DNA from: Oscillospiraceae bacterium
Lineage (GTDB): Bacteria > Bacillota > Clostridia > Lachnospirales > Lachnospiraceae
Direction of reading: 5' to 3'
Length of the DNA stretch: 64,000 nucleotides
Assembly (NCBI GenBank): GCA_021771715.1
Contig: JAETOO010000013.1
Coordinates: forward strand, 20,553 to 84,552
The position numbers and the translations under genes were made by a program. The notes under the pieces were generated by a model. The model had not been told where the DNA came from. It made no database searches and saw only the letters and a list, made by a program, of their open reading frames with translations. Below, piece after piece: positions 7,214-16,155 of the stretch. Positions within the stretch are counted from its first letter, which is position 1, and each line of letters opens with the position of its first letter.

Positions 7214-8803
7214 ATGCCGTGTCCGCACTATGATATTGTCATCATCAAACGGAGCGAAGACCTCTCTGCTGTCGCTTCTGCCGCCTATCAGAGCGGCGAA
7301 AGGCTGTTTTCTGAGTACGATCAGGAACAAAAGTATTATGGTCATAAGGGTGAAGTCGTCCACAAGGAGATCATGCTGCCGCCCCATGCGCCGCCGGAGT
7401 ACGCAGACCGTAACACCTTGTGGAACTCTGCGGAATCTGTGGAAAGGCGATGGGACTCCCAGCTTGCCCGCAGGATCATCCTTGCCATTCCGAGGGAGCT
7501 GCCCCCGGAACGGTACGCTGATCTGCTGCGGGACTACTGCCGGGAGTTTTTTGTTTCCAAAGGCATGATCGCAGATGTTGCCATCCATGACAAAGGGGAC
7601 GGGAACCCACACGCCCACATCCTGCTCACTCTGCGGGCGATGGATGAAAAAGGGAAATGGCGTCCCAAGAGCCGCAAGGTCTATGACCTTGACGAAAACG
7701 GGAAACGAATCCGGCTTGCGTCCGGCAGATGGAAAAGCCACAAGGAGGACACCGTGGATTGGAACGACCAGAAATATGCGGAGATCTGGCGGCAGGGCTG
7801 GGCTGATACCGCAAACCGTTATCTGGAAGCTGCCGGACGTATTGAGCGTCTTGACCTGCGCTCTTATGAGAGACAGGGTATTGACAAAATCCCCACTGTC
7901 CACGTGGGAGCCGCCGCCAGCCACATGGAGAAAAAAGGTATCCAGACCAATATCGGGAACCTGAACCGGGATATAAAAGCGGCAAACAGCCTTATGCAGT
8001 CCATCCGGCAGATGGTGCGCCACCTGAAAGGCTGGCTTTCTGACCTGCAGGAGAAGAAAGCGGCGCTCATGGAAGCACTGGAACAGGAAAAGGAGCCGAC
8101 ACTGCAGGAACTGCTTTTCCGGTATATCAATCTGCGGCAGGAAGAACGCACCGGCTGGGCGGCAAAAGGGCAGCTCAAAGGCAGCGTTGCCGATTTTAAC
8201 AAAGTGACGGAAGCAATCCGTTTCCTGCAGGAGAAGGAGATCACCACCGTGGAGAACCTTGACGTCCATCTGGATGAGGTCAGCCGGAAAGCGACTTCTA
8301 TCCGTGCCGATATGAAGAAGAAAGAAAAGCGGACAGGGGCTATTGATACGATTCTCTCGCATATCGAAAAACATGAAACAAACAAAGGAATTTATAAGGA
8401 ATATGCCGCTATCGGATGGAAAAGGAAGAAAGAGAAATTTGCGGAAGCGCACCGGGAGGAACTGGACGCTTTTTTTGCGGCAAGGCGGTTTTTCAAAGTC
8501 CATGAATCCGAGCTTCCGTACAACCGGGATGAGCTTCGCTCAGAGCAGAGTCAGCTTGCAAAAGAAAGGGATGCCGGGCAGGAGGAATTAGCAGCAATCC
8601 AGTCGGAGGTGAAGGTACTGCGAAATGTGCGGAACTGGATCAATGCAGTATTGCCGCCCGACCAGCGCAGGGAAGCCCCGGAACCGGGGAAGAAAGCGTC
8701 TGTCACGCAGAAGCTGAACTGGAAGATCGAGGGCATAAAGCAGAGGGAGGAGTTAAGGCAAGAGCAGCCCCGGCAACAGAAAAAACAGGATATAGAACAC
8801 TAA
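7214..8803 (+). CDS. MobA/MobL-family (MOBQ) relaxase
   Basis: 'AVASAAYQSGERL' (catalytic Tyr region) and 'HDKGDGNPHAHILL' histidine motif, followed by a long coiled-coil C-terminus. RBS aggagaaaggagg. Confidence 0.9.
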   Translation: MPCPHYDIVIIKRSEDLSAVASAAYQSGERLFSEYDQEQKYYGHKGEVVHKEIMLPPHAPPEYADRNTLWNSAESVERRWDSQLARRIILAIPRELPPERYADLLRDYCREFFVSKGMIADVAIHDKGDGNPHAHILLTLRAMDEKGKWRPKSRKVYDLDENGKRIRLASGRWKSHKEDTVDWNDQKYAEIWRQGWADTANRYLEAAGRIERLDLRSYERQGIDKIPTVHVGAAASHMEKKGIQTNIGNLNRDIKAANSLMQSIRQMVRHLKGWLSDLQEKKAALMEALEQEKEPTLQELLFRYINLRQEERTGWAAKGQLKGSVADFNKVTEAIRFLQEKEITTVENLDVHLDEVSRKATSIRADMKKKEKRTGAIDTILSHIEKHETNKGIYKEYAAIGWKRKKEKFAEAHREELDAFFAARRFFKVHESELPYNRDELRSEQSQLAKERDAGQEELAAIQSEVKVLRNVRNWINAVLPPDQRREAPEPGKKASVTQKLNWKIEGIKQREELRQEQPRQQKKQDIEH

Positions 8804-8882
8804 ACAATCAGGCGTCTGCCATTTTCACCGAGGGAATGACAGGCGCTTTTTTTAATTCTAATTATTTTCAGGAGGAGAACGA

Positions 8883-9530
8883 TTGAATGTATTTGAAGCC
8901 GTAAAGCAGTCTGTTCCCACCCGGCAGGCTGCAGAGCAATATGGAATCCGGGTGAACAGGAACGGGATGTGCGTCTGCCCGTTCCACAAGGATAAAAACC
9001 CCAGCATGAAAGTAGACCGCCGCTTCCACTGCTTCGGCTGCCAGGCGGACGGGGATGTGATTGATTTTGCGGCACGGCTTTACGGCCTGCCTGTTAGGGA
9101 AGCCGCTCTGCAGCTGGCGCAGGATTTTTCCATCCCCTATGAGGACGGGGGCCCGCCGGGCAGGAGCCGGGCAAAGCCGCCGCCCCGGCAGGAAACGCCG
9201 GAACAGCAGTTTAAGCGCATGGAGCGGTACTGCTTCCGGGTGCTGTCCGATTATTACCATCTCCTGAGACGATGGGAAAAGGAGTTTGCCCCGCAGACAC
9301 CGGGGGAAGAATGGAACCCTCTGTTTACGGAAGCCCTGCAGAACAAGAGCCATGTGGGATACCTGTTGGATGTGCTGCTGTCTGCTGATCTGGGGGAACG
9401 TGCTGCCCTGATTGTTGAATACGGAAAGGAAGTGAGGAACCTTGAGCGAAGAATGGCAGAGCTTGCCGCCAGAGGTACGGCAGGCCGTAGCCGACACCAT
9501 AAACAAAGCGCCGCCGCCCAGGAGCGTTGA
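8883..9530 (+). CDS. CHC2 zinc-finger (DnaG-type primase N-terminal) protein
   Basis: 'CPFHKDKNPSMKVDRRFHCFGCQADGDVIDF' is the CHC2 zinc finger. TTG start with RBS aggagga. Only 215 aa, with no clear TOPRIM domain. Confidence 0.8.
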   Translation: MNVFEAVKQSVPTRQAAEQYGIRVNRNGMCVCPFHKDKNPSMKVDRRFHCFGCQADGDVIDFAARLYGLPVREAALQLAQDFSIPYEDGGPPGRSRAKPPPRQETPEQQFKRMERYCFRVLSDYYHLLRRWEKEFAPQTPGEEWNPLFTEALQNKSHVGYLLDVLLSADLGERAALIVEYGKEVRNLERRMAELAARGTAGRSRHHKQSAAAQER

Positions 9531-9534
9531 TGAA

Positions 9535-10860
9535 GTGAAATTCATGCTGGAGGGCACCGAGAAAGGCGGTGTCCGCAACAGCATCCAGAACTGCCTTACC
9601 GTTTTCCGGTATGATCCGGTGCTGTCCGGCGCAATCGCAAAGAACCTTTTGACAGAGCGCAATGACCTGGTAAAGCCCATCCGCAAACGGCGCAGCCCCG
9701 GCAGGGCCTTGACGGATACCGATATGAAGTATATCCGGCTGTATCTGGAAAAGAATTATAACCTTACCAGCGAGAAAAAAATCGAGGACGCTGCCGAGCT
9801 TGCCGCCGAGGAAAACGCTTACCATCCTGTAAGGGAGTACCTTGACAGCCTTGTGTGGGACGGCACGGAACGAATCCGCTACTGTCTGCGGCACTTTCTG
9901 GGAGCCGACACGGACGAATACACCTACCAGTCCCTGCGGCTGTTCCTGCTGGGGGCGGTGTGCCGGGTATTCTCACCCGGCTGTAAGTTCGAGGTGATGT
10001 TCTGTCTGGTGGGCGGGCAGGGAGCCGGAAAATCCACGTTCTTTCGCTTCCTTGCGGTCAACGATGAATGGTTCTCTGATGACCTGCGGAAGCTGGACGA
10101 TGATAACGTGTACCGGAAACTGCAGGGCCACTGGATCATTGAAATGTCGGAGATGATCGCCACAGCCAACGCCAAAAGCATTGAGGAAATCAAGTCTTTT
10201 CTGAGCCGCCAGAAGGAGGTCTATAAGGTACCGTATGCCGTCCACCCGGAGGACAGGCCGAGGCAGTGCGTGTTTGGAGGTTCTTCCAATGCGCTTGATT
10301 TCCTGCCCCTTGACCGCACCGGAAACCGGCGTTTTTTGCCGGTCATGGTCTACCCGGAACGGGCAGAGGTACACATTTTAGACGATGAAGCTGCTTCCAG
10401 AGCCTACATCGGGCAGGTATGGGCGGAAACGATGGAAATCTACCGCAGCGGCGATTTTAAGCTGGCATTCAGCCCCGAAATGGTACAGTACCTGAAGGTG
10501 CACCAGCGGGATTTTATGCCGGAGGACACCAAAGCAGGGATGATACAAGCCTACCTTGACCGCTATACCGGCAGCTCCGTCTGCTCCAAGCAGCTTTACC
10601 GGGAAGCCTTAAACCATCCCTATGAGGAACCCAGGCAGTGGGAAATCCGGGAGATCAACGACATCATGAACCATTGTATCACGGGATGGAGGTATTTCTC
10701 CAATCCCCGGATATTTGGGGAATACGGCAGGCAAAAGGACTGGGAGCGTGACGGCCCGGCAACGGGCGCTGGCAACGGGGCCGGAAAAAGCGGTGGCAGA
10801 GCCGCAAATATCCCGGACGGATTTGTGCCGGTCACGGAGCAGATGGAGCTTCCGTTCTGA
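9535..10860 (+). CDS. Virulence-associated protein E (VirE/VapE) family P-loop protein
   Basis: Walker A 'GGQGAGKST', 'GHWIIEMSEM' Walker-B-like strand, 'NRRFLPV'. Start uncertain: GTG 9535 (RBS aggagc), ATG 9544, or TTG 9442 overlapping the previous gene. Confidence 0.85.
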   Translation: MKFMLEGTEKGGVRNSIQNCLTVFRYDPVLSGAIAKNLLTERNDLVKPIRKRRSPGRALTDTDMKYIRLYLEKNYNLTSEKKIEDAAELAAEENAYHPVREYLDSLVWDGTERIRYCLRHFLGADTDEYTYQSLRLFLLGAVCRVFSPGCKFEVMFCLVGGQGAGKSTFFRFLAVNDEWFSDDLRKLDDDNVYRKLQGHWIIEMSEMIATANAKSIEEIKSFLSRQKEVYKVPYAVHPEDRPRQCVFGGSSNALDFLPLDRTGNRRFLPVMVYPERAEVHILDDEAASRAYIGQVWAETMEIYRSGDFKLAFSPEMVQYLKVHQRDFMPEDTKAGMIQAYLDRYTGSSVCSKQLYREALNHPYEEPRQWEIREINDIMNHCITGWRYFSNPRIFGEYGRQKDWERDGPATGAGNGAGKSGGRAANIPDGFVPVTEQMELPF

Positions 10861-10872
10861 AAATCAGGAGCC

Positions 10873-11060
10873 GGTTGCCGATCCCGTTGCTATCCCGTTG
10901 CCGGGCCGGTTGCCGGGAAAAATCCCGTAACTGCGGGCTTTTCTCCCCTTTGACAACCAAAACAACCAAAAAATAAAAGAAAAAGTAAATAGATAAGCAG
11001 ACTGCCAGACAGAGATTGTTTTCAAGGTCTTTTGAAGCACGTTGCCGGACTTCGTTGCCG
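10873..11060 (+). repeat. Six direct copies of GTTGCC(G) in two clusters (iteron-like)
   Basis: Copies at 10873-10880, 10885-10891 (degenerate), 10896-10903, 10908-10915, 11041-11048 and 11053-11060. All are in the same orientation, flanking an A-rich spacer between the VirE-family gene and xis. Confidence 0.7.
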
Positions 11061-11098
11061 ACCATCTTCTGCCTGGCTCATTTCATGTATGGAGGTAA

Positions 11099-11338
11099 AT
11101 GCCTATGGCAAGTAGTAAGATAAGTGTTAATGAAAACTATAATTCTGATATTCCGGTTTGGCACAGATATACGCTGACCATTGAAGAGGCTGCAGGATAT
11201 TATCATATCGGAGAAACAAAGCTGCGAACGATTATTGGCGAACATCCAAACGGAGATTTCTATGTTATGAATGGAAATAGAGCGTTGATTAAACGTGAGA
11301 AGTTTGAACGGTATTTGGATCAGGCGACTGTCGTGTAA
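11099..11338 (+). CDS. xis: Excisionase, Tn916 Xis-like
   Basis: 'DIPVWHRYTLTIEEAAGYYHIGETKLR...MNGNRALIKREKFERYL' closely parallels Tn916 Xis as I recall it. RBS atggagg. Confidence 0.85.
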   Translation: MPMASSKISVNENYNSDIPVWHRYTLTIEEAAGYYHIGETKLRTIIGEHPNGDFYVMNGNRALIKREKFERYLDQATVV

Positions 11339-11459
11339 AAACTTTTGAAAAAAGATCGTGGCAGAGTGCTGATTTTCCATGATAAAGCTATACGGAGAGC
11401 CGGATTTGTGGTATGATGACATCGCAAGTTTGGCTCTCCTTTTTGAAAGGAGAGATTTC

Positions 11460-12659
11460 ATGAGCGAAAAAAGACGAGATAATCGTAACCGGATTTTGCG
11501 TGAAGGTGAATACCAGCGTACAGATGGGAGGTATCGTTTTCAGTATATTGATGAGGACGGTAAGGAAAAGAATGTATATAGTTGGCGGTTGGACAAAAAT
11601 GATCCGACACCCAAAGGCGGGAAGCGTGAGCTATCTCTGAGAGAGAAAGAAAAGCAGATCGAAGCGGATTTGTTCGATCACATTGTTACCAACGGAGGTA
11701 ATTACACGGTTCTTGAGTTGGTGGAGAAGTATATATCTCTGAAAACGGGTGTCCGTCATAATACCGTTGCCGGATACAAGACAGTTATTAATGTCCTGAA
11801 GAAAGAAGCATTTGGAAAACAGCGCATTGATAAAGTACGTTTGTCAGATGCAAAGGCGTGGCTGGTTAAGCTCCAGCAGGTGGACGGCAGAGGGTACAGC
11901 TCCATTCACTCTATCAGAGGTGTGCTTAGACCGGCCTTTCAAATGGCAGTGGATGACGATCTGATCCGCAAAAATCCCTTTGGATTTGAGCTTGCGTCTG
12001 TAATCGTCAATGATTCCGTTACCAGAGAAGCGATCACCCGGAAGCAAGAGCGGGATTTGCTGAAATTTATCAAAGAAGATAGGCATTTCAGCAGATACTA
12101 CGATGCAATTTATATCCTCTTTCATACGGGCCTGCGGATTTCGGAGTTCTGTGGGTTGACTATTCCCGATATTGAGTTCAGCGATATGCGAATCAAGATA
12201 GATCATCAGCTGCAGCGCACATCGCAGATGCAGTACGTGATTCAGGAACCAAAGACGGAAAGCGGTGTCCGTTATGTGCCGATGACAGAGAAAGTGGCGG
12301 AATGCTTTCGCCGCATCATTGCTAACCGGGAAGCACCGAAAGTGGAACCGATGGTGGATGGCTATATTCGGTTTCTGTTTCTGGACAAGAATGATATGCC
12401 GATGGTGGCTCTTCACTGGGAGAAGTACATGGAACATATTGTTGAAAAGTACAATAAGATTTATCGTATCCAGATGCCGAAAGTTACTCCACATGTATGC
12501 AGGCATACCTTCTGTTCCAATATGGCAAAATCGGGAATGAACCCGAAGACATTGCAATACATCATGGGGCATTCGGATATCAGCGTGACGATGAACACCT
12601 ATACACATGTGCAGTATGATGACGCAAAGGCAGAACTGCTTCGGGTGGCGGAAGCCTGA
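11460..12659 (+). CDS. int: Tyrosine recombinase/integrase, Tn916 Int family
   Basis: N-terminus 'MSEKRRDNRNRILREGEYQRTDGRYRFQY' resembles the Tn916 Int arm-binding domain. C-terminus 'HVCRHTFCSNMAKSGMNPKTLQYIMGHSDISVTMNTYTH' carries the HxxR...Y catalytic residues. ATG 11460 with RBS gaaaggag. Confidence 0.92.
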   Translation: MSEKRRDNRNRILREGEYQRTDGRYRFQYIDEDGKEKNVYSWRLDKNDPTPKGGKRELSLREKEKQIEADLFDHIVTNGGNYTVLELVEKYISLKTGVRHNTVAGYKTVINVLKKEAFGKQRIDKVRLSDAKAWLVKLQQVDGRGYSSIHSIRGVLRPAFQMAVDDDLIRKNPFGFELASVIVNDSVTREAITRKQERDLLKFIKEDRHFSRYYDAIYILFHTGLRISEFCGLTIPDIEFSDMRIKIDHQLQRTSQMQYVIQEPKTESGVRYVPMTEKVAECFRRIIANREAPKVEPMVDGYIRFLFLDKNDMPMVALHWEKYMEHIVEKYNKIYRIQMPKVTPHVCRHTFCSNMAKSGMNPKTLQYIMGHSDISVTMNTYTHVQYDDAKAELLRVAEA

Positions 12660-12664
12660 AAAGC

Positions 12665-12699
12665 CTGTTGGTATAGGGCAAAATTTTACCAACAGTTTT
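12665..12699 (+). terminator. Terminator after int
   Basis: Stem ctgttggta (12665-12673) / taccaacag (12687-12695) followed by tttt. Confidence 0.5.
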
Positions 12700-12843
12700 A
12701 CCAATATTGCAGAGAAAAGCATGAGAAAATACGGGAAGATTTGAAAAGATAGACCCAAGACAGGGGAAAGCTTAAATACCGGAAAAACCTGTAATATTGG
12801 GCATTTGAGAAGAAATACAGGACTTATAAGGAGTTATAAGAAT

Positions 12844-13308
12844 ATGATAAAAATACTTTTTGTGTGCCACGGCAATATTTGCAGATCCCCGATGGCTGAG
12901 TTCATTTTTCGGGATCTTGTACAGCGGGAGGGCTTAGCGGCGCAGTTTGCGGTGGCCTCTGCGGCGACGAGCATGGAGGAAATCGGCAATCCGGTCTATC
13001 CGCCGGCGAAGCGAAAGCTGCGGGAGCACGGCATATCCGCGGAAGGGCACCATGCGCGCAGGATGGAGCCAGGAGACTACCGGGAATATGATTATCTGAT
13101 CGGAATGGAGCAGTTTAACATTCGGAATATGATGCGCATTCTGGGGAAGGATCCGCAGCATAAGGTATATCGGCTGCTCGATTTTTCGGACAGGCCGAGA
13201 GATATTGATGATCCGTGGTATACGGACGATTTCGAGACGGCATATCGGGAGATTCTGGAGGGATGCAAAGCACTGCTGGAAACACTGCGCAGAGAGGGCA
13301 GGGTATAA
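12844..13308 (+). CDS. Low-molecular-weight protein-tyrosine phosphatase
   Basis: 'ILFVCHGNICRSPMAE' CX5R(S) P-loop and 'DDPWY' Asp loop. ATG 12844 with RBS aaggag. Confidence 0.88.
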   Translation: MIKILFVCHGNICRSPMAEFIFRDLVQREGLAAQFAVASAATSMEEIGNPVYPPAKRKLREHGISAEGHHARRMEPGDYREYDYLIGMEQFNIRNMMRILGKDPQHKVYRLLDFSDRPRDIDDPWYTDDFETAYREILEGCKALLETLRREGRV

Positions 13309-13525
13309 CGGTTCATTTGCAGGCCGTATGGCGGTCGATGCAGTAACCGATGGGCGAGCAAGTACAGAGGCCGATCTGGTGGTAAACGGCAGTCCAAATA
13401 GCGATCAAGCAGCAGCTCATATCGCTGCATTCATGCCAGAATGATGGGAGCCGGAAGTGCAGAATCGGGCATCGGGCCGGGAGTGACATGGCATGACAGA
13501 ATATGATGTAGGAGGGAAAGCAGAC

Positions 13526-14011
13526 ATGAGTGACAAGAGGCAGGACTATATCACATGGGATGAGTATTTTATGAGCGTGGCGATGCTGGCGGGGATGCGT
13601 TCGAAGGATCCGAGCTCACAGGTGGGCGCGTGCATTGTGAGCGAGGACAACAAGATCCTCTCGATGGGGTACAATGGATTTCCGAAGGGATGCTCCGATG
13701 ACGAGTTCCCGTGGTCGCGCGATGGCGAGACACTGGACACCAAGTACTATTATGTGGTGCACAGCGAGCTGAACGCGATCCTGAATTACCGGGGAGGCAG
13801 CCTGGAGGGGGCGAAGCTGTATGTGACGCTGTTTCCGTGCAACGAATGTGCGAAGGCGATTATTCAGGCGGGGATCCGGACGGTGGTGTACGATCAGGAC
13901 AAATACGGCGACACGCCCGCGGTCGTCGCGTCAAAACGAATGATGGATGCGGCCGGGGTGCGCTACTATCGCTACCAGAGAACCGGGCGGAAAATAGAGT
14001 TTACGGTATGA
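13526..14011 (+). CDS. dCMP (deoxycytidylate) deaminase
   Basis: 'WDEYFM', 'VVHSELNAI' and 'PCNECAKAI' are the zinc-ligand motifs of the CMP/dCMP deaminase fold. ATG 13526 with RBS aggaggg. Confidence 0.85.
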   Translation: MSDKRQDYITWDEYFMSVAMLAGMRSKDPSSQVGACIVSEDNKILSMGYNGFPKGCSDDEFPWSRDGETLDTKYYYVVHSELNAILNYRGGSLEGAKLYVTLFPCNECAKAIIQAGIRTVVYDQDKYGDTPAVVASKRMMDAAGVRYYRYQRTGRKIEFTV

Positions 14012-14083
14012 GAGAAACCGGACGCTGCGCGGATAAAACCGGAATAAAAAGGATAAAACACGCCGATTTCCGGTAAAAAAAGG

Positions 14084-14112
14084 TTGACACACTCGGATGT
14101 GTGGACTATAAT
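14084..14112 (+). promoter_or_regulatory. Sigma-A-type promoter of rplM-rpsI
   Basis: TTGACA (14084-14089), 17-nt spacer, TATAAT (14107-14112); both hexamers are perfect consensus. Confidence 0.65.
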
Positions 14113-14261
14113 ATCCGAGTATGACTTAGTATGTAAATGTCCGAACCAAAGCCCCGGTAGGACATTTTACCATAAAATTTTCCGAGAGGAAAATAAGCGG
14201 GAGGACGGAAATAAGCCGCTGTTTGCCCGAAGCAACTGAATCAGATCAAGGAGGAAGACCA
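14113..14261 (+). promoter_or_regulatory. Structured 5' leader of rplM (possible L13 autoregulatory leader)
   Basis: Three hairpins: aaatgtcc/ggacattt (14135-14167), attttcc/ggaaaat (14177-14194) and agcgg/ccgct (14196-14220). The position matches where ribosomal-protein L13 leaders occur in Firmicutes. Not matched to a covariance model. Confidence 0.35.
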
Positions 14262-14690
14262 ATGAAGAGTTTTATGGCTAGCCCGGCAACGATTGAGAGA
14301 AAATGGTATGTAGTTGACGCTGCAGATATGACACTGGGCCGTTTAGCATCAGAAGTGGCTAAGGTTTTAAGAGGAAAGAATAAGCCGACATTTACACCTC
14401 ATATTGACACAGGTGATTACGTAATCGTAGTGAACGCGGAGAAGGTAAAGGTAACCGGCAAGAAGCTGGATCAGAAGATCTACTATCATCATTCCGAGTA
14501 TGTAGGCGGCATGAAAGAGACGACTCTGCGTGAGATGATGGCGAAGAAGCCGGAGAAGGTGGTAGAGCTGGCTGTGAAGGGAATGCTCCCGAAGGGACCG
14601 CTCGGCAGAGAGATGTATACGAAGCTGTTCGTATACGCTGGCCCGGATCACAAGCATCAGGCTCAGAAGCCGGAAGCGCTGACATTCTAA
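14262..14690 (+). CDS. rplM: 50S ribosomal protein L13
   Basis: '[51 protein letters not shown]' is canonical L13. RBS aaggagga. Confidence 0.96.
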   Translation: MKSFMASPATIERKWYVVDAADMTLGRLASEVAKVLRGKNKPTFTPHIDTGDYVIVVNAEKVKVTGKKLDQKIYYHHSEYVGGMKETTLREMMAKKPEKVVELAVKGMLPKGPLGREMYTKLFVYAGPDHKHQAQKPEALTF

Positions 14691-14706
14691 TAGGAGGTAA
14701 GGAACA

Positions 14707-15099
14707 TTGGCTAAGGAAAGATACTACGGAACAGGAAGAAGAAAAAAATCAATCGCTAGAGTATATCTCGTACCGGGCACCGGTAAGATTACTGTAAATA
14801 AGAGAGACATCGACGAGTACTTCGGTCTTGAGACCCTGAAGCTCATTGTTCGTCAGCCGTTGGCAGCGACACAGACTGCTGACAAGTTTGATGTTCTCGT
14901 AAACGTACGCGGCGGCGGCACAACCGGCCAGGCTGGCGCGATCCGTCATGGCATCTCCCGTGCGCTGCTTCAGGCAGACAACGAGTACAGACCGACCCTG
15001 AAGGCTGCCGGTTTCCTGACTCGTGACCCGAGAATGAAAGAGCGTAAGAAATACGGTCTCAAAGCCGCACGTCGCGCTCCGCAGTTCAGCAAGCGATAA
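14707..15099 (+). CDS. rpsI: 30S ribosomal protein S9
   Basis: '[16 protein letters not shown]...[19 protein letters not shown]...[25 protein letters not shown]' is canonical S9. TTG start with RBS taggagg. Confidence 0.96.
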   Translation: MAKERYYGTGRRKKSIARVYLVPGTGKITVNKRDIDEYFGLETLKLIVRQPLAATQTADKFDVLVNVRGGGTTGQAGAIRHGISRALLQADNEYRPTLKAAGFLTRDPRMKERKKYGLKAARRAPQFSKR

Positions 15100-15125
15100 A
15101 AATTTGCAAAGAAAGATTATGTTTC

Positions 15126-15160
15126 AGGCACAGGAAGAAGCGTTCCTGTGCCTGTTTTTT
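15126..15160 (+). terminator. Rho-independent terminator of rplM-rpsI
   Basis: Stem aggcacaggaa / ttcctgtgcct followed by gtttttt. Confidence 0.85.
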
Positions 15161-15427
15161 GGATACAAAAATGGTTTCATAATTGTGCCGCCGAATTTGA
15201 CTGTCCGCTGCTGTGCACCAGATGTGGACAGTTGAACTGTAATTTTTGTGGTATATGGATCGAAGACTTAAAATTTTTCAAACGTCTTGTAGAAATACAG
15301 GGCGTTTTGTAGTATGATGAAAAAGCGGAGAAAAGGAGTCCTTCCGTTGTTGGTGAGATAGCTGGAGGAAGTAGTGCTGGATGCGAAATTCCGGGCCAGC
15401 TTTTTTGGGGTAAGGGAGTAGAGGAAC

Positions 15428-15898
15428 ATGAAAAACGATACAAAGAGCAATCAGATGAGGGAGCAGGCGACTGATCAAGCGAGGGAACGCGCCGTGCTGG
15501 AGCTGAGACAACACTGTACGGAAGAAAATTTGTGGAATTGTATCGTCGTGTTTCAGGACTATCCGTTCTTTACCGTCTCCGGCCTGCCCTTTACGTATAC
15601 TTTGAAGCGCGGCAGGAACGGTGAATTTACAAAAGAGCTTTTTGTCGATCGGATGGCAAACAGCAAGTCTCTTGCGTGGAGCTCGATTCGAATTGCGTTT
15701 GAGCGGGCGAAGGAACAAGACGAGGTGATTGACCGGCCGAAGGCGTTGGGAGATGTCCGCGGAGTGAGCTACGTGTACAGTCTGCTGTGGCGGTTCGGAC
15801 TGATTGCGGTGCCCAAGGAGAGCGAGGAGAAGCTGAGTGGCAGATTGAGCCAAGCGATGAATGAGGCTGGGTGCCAGATGAAACTGAGCATTAGATGA
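15428..15898 (+). CDS. Hypothetical protein; last ~25 codons encoded by a 17-bp tandem repeat
   Basis: ORF with RBS (gggagtagaggaac ATG). No motif I recognise. The 3' end runs into the minisatellite at 15824-16097. Confidence 0.5.
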   Translation: MKNDTKSNQMREQATDQARERAVLELRQHCTEENLWNCIVVFQDYPFFTVSGLPFTYTLKRGRNGEFTKELFVDRMANSKSLAWSSIRIAFERAKEQDEVIDRPKALGDVRGVSYVYSLLWRFGLIAVPKESEEKLSGRLSQAMNEAGCQMKLSIR

Positions 15899-16097
15899 AG
15901 TTGAGTGGCAGATGAGGCTGGGCGTTAGATGAAGTTGAGCGGCAGATGAAGCTGAGCGTTAGATGAAGTTGAGCATTAGATGAAGTTGAGCACCAGATGA
16001 AGCTGAGCATTAGATGAAGTTGAGTGCCAGATGAGGCCGAGCGTTAGATGAAGTTGAGTAGCAGATTAAGATGAGTGATAGAGTGGCTGAGCGTCAG
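15824..16097. repeat. 17-bp minisatellite, about 16 copies (consensus agatgaagttgagcrtt)
   Basis: Direct reading: consecutive 17-nt units agatgaaactgagcatt, agatgaagttgagtggc, agatgaggctgggcgtt, agatgaagttgagcggc and so on, degenerating at both ends. The stop codon of the upstream ORF (15896-15898) lies inside the array. Confidence 0.92.
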
Positions 16098-16155
16098 ACT
16101 AGAAGGAATATAAGCTAAGGCGAGAGAAAACGGCAAAGAAGGAGACATACTATAT

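Larger units (their letters stand above)
1..12800. mobile_element. Integrative mobilizable element, right-hand portion (Tn916-type Int/Xis, MOBQ relaxase, primase/VirE module, cargo). Left end outside window, right end approximate.
   Basis: Contiguous mobility genes (XRE, RepA_N-like HTH, DUF3847, TTRAP-like, relaxase, CHC2 primase-like, VirE-family, Xis, Int) end with int next to an AT-rich junction at about 12.7-12.8 kb. Composition differs by eye from the GC-rich flank and includes AT-rich cargo blocks. No T4SS or coupling protein genes in the visible part. Confidence 0.75.

Noticed and set aside
7181-8503. 440-aa ORF on the - strand
   Set aside because: It is antisense to the MobA/MobL relaxase gene, which has clear catalytic motifs. 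The translation has no recognisable features.
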